Made by a program: the position numbers and the translations under genes. 51,728 nucleotides of DNA from Betaproteobacteria bacterium (GTDB lineage Bacteria; Pseudomonadota; Gammaproteobacteria; Burkholderiales; SG8-41). This document shows positions 46,463 to 51,728 of the stretch, piece by piece; position 1 is the first letter of the stretch, and every line of letters starts with the position of its first letter. Below the pieces are notes generated by a model. It was not told the origin of the DNA and ran no database searches. It saw only the letters and a list, made by a program, of their open reading frames with translations. The DNA is taken from positions 1-51,728 of the forward strand of contig JAQBFV010000002.1 of assembly GCA_032123035.1 (NCBI GenBank), read 5' to 3'.

Positions 46463-46854
46463 TTCTTTAGTTCCGAGAGGAGGCCCCGGTCTTTGAACAC
46501 CTCGACCGCGGCGCGCACGCTGTTGTTGGAAGCGGGGAAGCCGCAGTAGACGGCGGCCTGCAGGAACACCTCGTAGATCTCGTCCGGTGTCGCGCCGTTA
46601 TTGAGCGCGCCGTTGATGTGGCCCTTGAGCTCGTCGGGCCGGTCGAGCGCGGCGAGCATGCCGAGCGTGACCAGGCTACGCACCTTCAGCGGCAGCCCCG
46701 GCCGCGACCAGACCGATCCCCAGGCAACCTCGGTCACGATCTCGTAGTGCCGCCGTGTGAGTTCGTCGCCTCCTCCTGCACGCTTCTTGATGTGAGCCTC
46801 GCCCATGACTTTCCGGCGCGTGGCCATGCCCTTCTCGTACAGTTCCGATGCCAT
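46459..46854 (-). CDS. carboxymuconolactone decarboxylase (CMD/AhpD-like) family protein
   Basis: 131 aa with an AAGGAGAG SD. WSRPGLPLKVRSLVTLGMLAALDRPDELKGHINGALNNGATPDEIYEVFLQAAVYCGFPA. Confidence 0.85.
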   Translation of the reverse strand: MASELYEKGMATRRKVMGEAHIKKRAGGGDELTRRHYEIVTEVAWGSVWSRPGLPLKVRSLVTLGMLAALDRPDELKGHINGALNNGATPDEIYEVFLQAAVYCGFPASNNSVRAAVEVFKDRGLLSELKK

Positions 46855-46914
46855 CTGTCTCTCCTTGCCGGTGGTTGATTAACCGATAAAACGTTGCGTC
46901 TCCAATCGAATTAC

Positions 46915-46941
46915 GACAAAAGGGGCTGCCTGCGCAGCCCC
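46915..46941 (-). terminator. rho-independent terminator downstream of the 46982..47539 gene
   Basis: Stem GGGGCTGC (46922-46929) and GCAGCCCC (46934-46941) with a 4-nt loop. On the minus strand it is followed by TTTTGT. Confidence 0.55.
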
Positions 46942-46981
46942 ATTTCGCGTGATTACAACCTACCGGTCACCGGTCACGGGC

Positions 46982-47539
46982 TTAGTGAAGGTGCTTGCCG
47001 CGCGGATGCAGCGGTATGACGGTGGAGGATGACGCCGCCGTCTCGCCGGTGACCTTGCGGGCCGCCCAATCCTGGTCGAAGAGCTGGTTCGCCAGCACCT
47101 TCACCTGGTTGACGTCGGCCTGGCCCAGGTGTCGCGAGAGCAATGTCGTCACGTCCTCGACAACGCATTGTCGGCGGAACTCGTGGATCGACTCGGGGCT
47201 CGGCCCGACGAACATCTGGTAGAACTCATCGTCGCCGTTTTCGGGGTAGTAGGTAACCTCGATCTCGGACGAGTATTCCGTCAACGTCCCGACGTTCTGG
47301 AACGCCTCGCCGAGCCGGTTGTGAAAGCTGCGGCCCACGTCGCCAGTCCAGCAGATCGTCAGCGTGCGCTCGCGGGGATCGAACTGGATGCCCGGCTCCT
47401 CGCGCTCGAGGCTCACCGCTTCCGCGATCCTCTCGACGTCGAGGTACTCGAGCCACGGCCGCAATGCGTGCTCGAGTTGCGAGAGGCGCACGCCCCTGCC
47501 GAGAAAGACATTGCCGTGCACGTGGACTTCGATGCGCAT
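46982..47539 (-). CDS. hypothetical protein (185 aa), no recognisable motif
   Basis: Start chosen at MRIEVHVHGNVFLGRG inside ORF 46982..47587. Codon usage is high-GC and the gene is followed by a terminator. I recognise no family. Confidence 0.5.
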   Translation of the reverse strand: MRIEVHVHGNVFLGRGVRLSQLEHALRPWLEYLDVERIAEAVSLEREEPGIQFDPRERTLTICWTGDVGRSFHNRLGEAFQNVGTLTEYSSEIEVTYYPENGDDEFYQMFVGPSPESIHEFRRQCVVEDVTTLLSRHLGQADVNQVKVLANQLFDQDWAARKVTGETAASSSTVIPLHPRGKHLH

Positions 47540-47888
47540 CGTCTGCGGCGGACGGGCCTGCAATGAAAAGGGCAGACAGAATAGCATATTCAGAGCATGA
47601 GACGAAGGGGGGTAACCGAAGTCAAAAGTCAGAAGGCGATAACTCAGGTGATGGGTGACGGGGCGGCTTCGCCGGAAAGTGAAGGCGGCAGGAGGAACGA
47701 TAAATCCGTAATCATCCTCGCTTCAAGTCTTCCTCTTATTCCGTACGCATACGTCTTCTTTTCTTGAAATAGACGGTTTGGTCATACGCCGCGGCGGTCC
47801 TGTCCTGGGCATGGGCTGTTGGGTCGGCTGGGGCGCAGGAGGAAGTTGAAGGAAGGCGCTGCCGCTTAATCCGCTACAGCACTTACAC

Positions 47889-47916
47889 AGACCCCGCTTC
47901 GGCGGGGTTTTGTTTG
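47889..47916 (+). terminator. rho-independent terminator-like hairpin with no upstream ORF
   Basis: CCCCGC (47892-47897), loop TTCG, GCGGGG (47902-47907), followed by TTTTGTTTG. Homologous to the hairpins after both PilZ genes. Confidence 0.5.
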
Positions 47917-47972
47917 TGGTGCCATGGATTTTCTGCGCCACGTTTACGGATCGCATGGAGTTTTGTTTGCGT

Positions 47973-47988
47973 TGTGACAAAATTCACG
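47973..47988. promoter_or_regulatory. CRP/Clp-type palindrome TGTGA-N6-TCACG
   Basis: tTGTGAcaaaatTCACGa matches 9 of 10 positions of TGTGA-N6-TCACA. It lies 172-187 nt upstream of the 48160 ATG. Only the TGTGA half (48998-49002) is conserved before module 2. Confidence 0.35.
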
Positions 47989-48159
47989 AAAAAGGATGAT
48001 TGCCCTATCCCAAAGGGGACGCTTGTCCCGTGCGCAAAAATGAAGTTTTGATGGATAGTGATCCTAGTAAGTGTGTGGCGCTTCCGGCCTGTCTTTTTGG
48101 GCTGTTGGGGTTTTCCGAAAATAGCAGCATTGCGTCGATGCGCTCAAGGGGAGTTGATC

Positions 48160-48462
48160 ATGCGCTGTCTATTCACACATAAGTGGGTAACGGTATGGGA
48201 AGAGAGTTTTATCAGGTCTTATGTTCCTTGCAGGAGATGTAAACGGTGCGGAACGATGGAGCGCAGTATTTACGATGCTCTATCCCCAGACGTTGCATGG
48301 GAGACAATAAGGGAGCGCAGCTACGTTAAGGCGCAGCAAATCCGGATGTTTCGGCAACCCTCTTCCCGGCTCGACCAACTGGCTCATACATTAGGGCTGC
48401 GTCGAAGCAGGACGAGCGATCGGGCGAGATCAGCAAAACGCTCCGAGTTGATCCGAAGTTAA
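48160..48462 (+). CDS. small Cys/His zinc-ribbon-like protein with basic C-terminal tail (module 1)
   Basis: The ATG is preceded by AAGGGGAG. MRCLFTHKW...VPCRRCKRCGTMERSIYD...LAHTLGLRRSRTSDR. The paralog at 49130..49447 keeps the same Cys/His positions. Confidence 0.55.
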   Translation: MRCLFTHKWVTVWEESFIRSYVPCRRCKRCGTMERSIYDALSPDVAWETIRERSYVKAQQIRMFRQPSSRLDQLAHTLGLRRSRTSDRARSAKRSELIRS

Positions 48463-48547
48463 CGGGCGTAAACGGTACAGCGAACCACATTCCGCTCTGG
48501 CGGGCTTGGGCTGGGGCAGACTTAACACATCAGCTTGAAGGGTCAAA

Positions 48548-48886
48548 ATGACAGCGAAACTACCGGAATTGAGAAGAGATCAGCGGTACCATGCCGCGCT
48601 GCCGGTGTTCCTGGGGAACACCAAGGGTGCCACACGCGACATGAGCACCTCGGGCGTGTACTTCTGGAAGGACGGCATGTGCATGTGTGTGCCCGGGGAG
48701 TCAATCAGCTTTTCGATAGAACTCAAAACGGCCACGGGCAGGATGATGTGGAAATGCCAAGGAGCCGTCGTCCGCACCGAACCGCTCGGTGACATGGTCG
48801 GTGTGGCGGCGAGAATCACCGAATCGACGATGGAGCCTGCGTGGACGGATGTCGTACGCATAAGGGGTATAGGCGACTTGTCCTAG
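48548..48886 (+). CDS. stand-alone PilZ-domain protein (module 1)
   Basis: 112 aa with a GAAGGG SD. RRDQR (RxxxR) and DMSTSG ((D/N)xSxxG) lie 16 residues apart, as in c-di-GMP-binding PilZ domains. Confidence 0.7.
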   Translation: MTAKLPELRRDQRYHAALPVFLGNTKGATRDMSTSGVYFWKDGMCMCVPGESISFSIELKTATGRMMWKCQGAVVRTEPLGDMVGVAARITESTMEPAWTDVVRIRGIGDLS

Positions 48887-48913
48887 CGCTTTTGCGTAAT
48901 CCGTATCAGCACT

Positions 48914-48945
48914 CACACAGACCCCGCTCTGGCGGGGTCTGTGTG
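48914..48945 (+). terminator. 14-bp perfect hairpin after PilZ-1 (no U-tract)
   Basis: CACACAGACCCCGC, loop TCTG, GCGGGGTCTGTGTG. No T-run follows, so intrinsic termination is uncertain. Confidence 0.35.
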
Positions 48946-49129
48946 GGCTGCCTGCGTTAGCGGCTAGTCGCCCGCCACTCCCACGGCGGCACCGGGTTGT
49001 GATCGGGCTAATCATTCCGGATAGTGGTAAAAACACCAACGCGGACAGGCTTTCTGCATAACGGATCTTGTACAAAAGCAGCTCCCTTGATAGCGTTACG
49101 ACATTACGTCAATGCGCTCAAGAGAGTTA

Positions 49130-49447
49130 ATGATTCGTTGTCTATTCACCCATAAGTGGGTTATAGGAAAGGAATATAACTTTAGGTCTCGTGTTCCTGA
49201 CATTAGTTTTGTTATTCCTTACAGAACATGCGAACGGTGTGGAACGATGCAGCGCGGTATTTACGATACGTTTTGGAGAGACACGTCCTGGCAGACAATG
49301 AGAGAGCGTGACCACAATATATCGGAGCAAAGCCGGATTGTTCGGCAATCCTCTTCTTGGATCGACGAATTGGCTCATTCATTGGGACTGCGTCGAAGCA
49401 GGACGAGCGATAGAACGGGATCAGGAAACCGCTCTGCACAGACCTGA
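49130..49447 (+). CDS. small Cys/His zinc-ribbon-like protein with basic C-terminal tail (module 2)
   Basis: The ATG is preceded by AAGAGAG. MIRCLFTHKW...RTCERCGTMQRGIYD...LAHSLGLRRSRTSDR. Confidence 0.55.
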   Translation: MIRCLFTHKWVIGKEYNFRSRVPDISFVIPYRTCERCGTMQRGIYDTFWRDTSWQTMRERDHNISEQSRIVRQSSSWIDELAHSLGLRRSRTSDRTGSGNRSAQT

Positions 49448-49535
49448 AGTTATGGGCCTTAACGTTATTGCGAATTACACATTGCGCTGCGGCGGGCTTG
49501 GGCTGGCGCAACCGGATCAGCTTAACAGGCGGAAA

Positions 49536-49847
49536 ATGAGACTAGGACCACCAAACGAAAGAAGAGACCAGCGGATCGATGTCGCGCTGCCGGTGTTCCT
49601 AGAGGACGCTATCGGTGTCACGCGCGACGTGAGCGCATCGGGCGTGTTCTTCTGCATAAGCGGCACGTATGCATACGGGGAGTCCATCAGCTTTTCGATG
49701 GGACGAAAAACCGAATCCGGCAAGTTCATGCTGAAATGCCGCGGCGTCATCGTTCGCACCGAATGGGACGATAACACGGTCGGTTTGGCGGTGAGACTCA
49801 CAAAAAGCGGCGATGAACCCTATAAGGACGCGATCTCATACGCATAA
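49536..49847 (+). CDS. stand-alone PilZ-domain protein (module 2)
   Basis: Internal ATG of ORF 49308..49847 aligned to the module-1 start. RRDQR and DVSASG motifs are present. 103 aa. Confidence 0.7.
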   Translation: MRLGPPNERRDQRIDVALPVFLEDAIGVTRDVSASGVFFCISGTYAYGESISFSMGRKTESGKFMLKCRGVIVRTEWDDNTVGLAVRLTKSGDEPYKDAISYA

Positions 49848-49898
49848 GGAGGCGATTCTTCGTAGAGCTTCCGCGCAACAGGTCGCAGCACTTACCCA

Positions 49899-49926
49899 GG
49901 CCCCGCTTCAGCGGGGTTTTTGTTTG
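49899..49926 (+). terminator. rho-independent terminator after PilZ-2
   Basis: CCCCGC (49901-49906), loop TTCA, GCGGGG (49911-49916), followed by TTTTTGTTTG. Confidence 0.6.
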
Positions 49927-50037
49927 TATCTTGAACGTCTGTTATGGGTCGAAAGCGAATCCTACGCAGCGAGTGAGCAGACGCCGCCCAGCAGCGCAGG
50001 CAGGCGTCGACCAGGCGGCGTAGAAGCGCAGTAGCGG

Positions 50038-50731
50038 TTATTTGAGGTGCTTGGCGAGAAAATCCATCGTCCGGCGCCAAGCGAGCTCGGCCGCTGCGGG
50101 GTCGTACTTCAGGATCGGCAGGTTCTTCGAATCCGCCGTCTCGTTGGAAAAGGCGTGCTTCGCGTTGTAGCGGTGGAACTCAAAACTCACCTTGGCGCCG
50201 CGCAGCTTTTCTTCCAGCTCGTCGACCTTCGCGATCGGGAAGGGCACGTCCTCGGTGGCCCAGTGGCCCATCAGCGGCGCCTTGATCCTGGACGCATCGA
50301 CAAACTCGAGCGGCGGGTAGCCGTACCAGACGACAGCCGCGTCTGCCTCCGGAACGTTCACCGCCGAAAGAAGCGTGAGCGCTCCGCCCATGCAGAAGCC
50401 GGTCACTCCGACCTTGGTGCAGCCGGACGCCTTCAGATGCTGGACCGCGCCGCGCACGTCCTGGCCGGCGGCGTCGCCGAAGTTGAGGTTGGTCATCAGA
50501 TGCTCGGCTTCGTTGGCCGCGAGCGCGACCTTGCCGCGGTAGAGGTCCGGCACCAATGCCCGGTAGCCGGCCGCCGCCAGCTTGTCCGCGACGCCTTTGA
50601 TCTGATCGTTGAGACCCCCACCACTCCTGGATCACCACGATGCCCGGCGCGACCGCGCCCTGCGCAGGCTCGCCGAGATAGCCGGCCACGGCCTGGCCGT
50701 CCGGCCGCTTGTAGCTGATCATCTTGCCCAT
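50038..50731 (-). pseudogene. dienelactone hydrolase family protein interrupted by a 1-nt frameshift
   Basis: ORF 50180..50731 gives MGKMISYKRPDGQAVAGYLGEP...GIVVIQEWWG. ORF 50038..50556 continues ...VPDLYRGK...GVTGFCMGGAL...H. [28 protein letters not shown] is readable if one C of the C5 run 50615-50619 is removed. Confidence 0.75.
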
Positions 50732-50819
50732 GGCTTCCTCCTTCGATAGCTCGTTAATCTACACCCTGAGGGCGCGTTATGGGTCGTCATTGGATACTGC
50801 CTGTCAGATTGCAACGACC

Positions 50820-51728
50820 CTACCTGACATTTTCTTCAGCCTTCTGACTTCTGCCTTGATCCTTGAGGAGCCCCAGCTCGCCGAGCACCGCCTGCATCTC
50901 GGCACGCTCGCGCTCCAGGTGATCCCAGAGCGGTCCTCCAGCGAGCGGCATCGCGGTCCAGTAATGGCGCGCCAGCTCGGCTTTCCACTCGTCAGTGGCG
51001 GTCACTGTCTCAAGCAGTTTCTCCCAGAACCTGATCTGAGCGGCGGTAATCCCGCGAGCGCCCGTGACGCCGCGCCAGGAGCCGATGACGCAATCCACCG
51101 ATTGCTCTTGCCACGTCGGCGTATCGGTGTAGCGCCCGGCGAGCCGTTGCGGCGCCGACACGGCGAGCGCGCGCATCGTGCCCGCTTCAATTTCCTTCGC
51201 GACGCTCGCCGCAGTGACCGCGGCGACATCGGCATTGCTGGCCAGGGCGTCGGCGACAGCATCCAGCGCCGAATCGAACACCCGGATTTTCGGTGCCGTC
51301 ACGTCGCCGCCCGCATGCCGGATGACTTTCGCGAGCGCGATGTGGTTGGGATTGCCGAGCGAGGTCGAAAGCGCGACAGTCACGGAAGCGGTGCCGTTCG
51401 CAAAACGCGCGATCAGGTCGGCGCCGTTCTTCAAAACAGAGTCTGACCGGGCGACAAAGGCGATGTACTCGGTATAGAGGATCGCAAGCGGCGTGAAAGC
51501 GCGCTCGTGATGGAAGGGCGCTGCGCCCAGCAGGTGGTCCGTCGTGAGGTTCACCGAGCTGATTGACACGACGTGCGGATCACCCGCGCGCCCGTCCAGG
51601 TAACCCCAGCACTTCTTCGCTCCGTCGCCGGGCAGGTTGTTGACGCGCACCGGCACATCCAGCAGGCGATTCGACTCCATCACCGTGAGCAGTGCGCGCG
51701 CGGCGCGGTCGAGCCCACCGCCGGGGGG
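50820..51728 (-). CDS. Bug/TctC-family tripartite tricarboxylate transporter substrate-binding protein (5' end beyond window)
   Basis: The reading frame is open to the window edge (..PGGGLDRAARALLTVME..). The C-terminal part ...WRGVTGARGITAAQIRFWEKLL... is typical of Bug proteins. Confidence 0.8.
   Translation of the reverse strand, partial: PPGGGLDRAARALLTVMESNRLLDVPVRVNNLPGDGAKKCWGYLDGRAGDPHVVSISSVNLTTDHLLGAAPFHHERAFTPLAILYTEYIAFVARSDSVLKNGADLIARFANGTASVTVALSTSLGNPNHIALAKVIRHAGGDVTAPKIRVFDSALDAVADALASNADVAAVTAASVAKEIEAGTMRALAVSAPQRLAGRYTDTPTWQEQSVDCVIGSWRGVTGARGITAAQIRFWEKLLETVTATDEWKAELARHYWTAMPLAGGPLWDHLERERAEMQAVLGELGLLKDQGRSQKAEENVR

Noticed and set aside
47723-47980. Minus-strand ORF of 85 aa (MSQRKQNSMRSVN...CKCCSG...).
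   Set aside because: It runs through the plus-strand terminator hairpin, has no SD or start context, and has low-complexity Pro/Lys-rich composition. It is probably fortuitous.
47916-48159. c-di-GMP riboswitch (GEMM-I/II) in the leaders of the zinc-ribbon/PilZ modules.
   Set aside because: I compared the leaders by eye with the GEMM-I core as I remember it (..CACGCACAGGGCAAACC..GGGACGCAAAGCC..). Only a short ggggacgc resemblance at about 48016-48023 was found, the P1/P2 architecture is missing, and there is no counterpart before module 2. A covariance-model search (RF01051, RF01786) would be needed to exclude it formally.

Overview
This is a 51.7-kb high-G+C chromosomal segment. Hand counts of single 60-nt lines give about 60-63% G+C. 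The gene order is mlaFEDCB, an ABC-2 pair, ibaG, murA, hisGDCBHAFIE, tatABC, a degS-like protease, petABC, sspAB and tRNA-Thr. I associate this arrangement with Betaproteobacteria, which is an inference from synteny only.

Left end (85-12470, minus strand): an MSHA-like type IV pilus / T2SS-like biogenesis cluster. It holds a sigma-54 response regulator, an ExeA/MshM-like AAA ATPase fused to a SPOR domain, a lipoprotein secretin, a TPR protein, a GspE/MshE-type ATPase with an intact MshEN c-di-GMP motif, a GspF platform protein, and genes in the PilM/N, PilO and PilP positions. No pilin gene is in view.

Middle: housekeeping operons.

Right part: a GldA/F/G-type ABC system plus a DUF4340-like gene, a lipoprotein, a thioesterase, an MFS transporter, a 2-hydroxyacid dehydrogenase, a TPP enzyme and a CMD-family protein. 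These are followed by an AT-rich islet of about 2.4 kb (47.6-50.0 kb), a frameshifted dienelactone hydrolase and a partial Bug/TctC binding protein.

Most unusual observations:
(i) The AT-rich islet carries a tandemly duplicated two-gene module: a small Cys/His zinc-ribbon-like protein plus a stand-alone PilZ.
(ii) At least 15 intergenic hairpin-forming elements have arms built from degenerate short tandem repeats (7-14 bp period). Their sequences differ but their architecture is the same. Many sit between genes of operons (pilus, mla, his, tat, pet-ssp).
(iii) Several gene lesions: an in-frame internal deletion in hisG, single-base homopolymer frameshifts in hisH and in the dienelactone hydrolase, and a monooxygenase remnant.

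All calls come from reading ORF translations, motifs and the DNA by eye. No database search or folding program was available.
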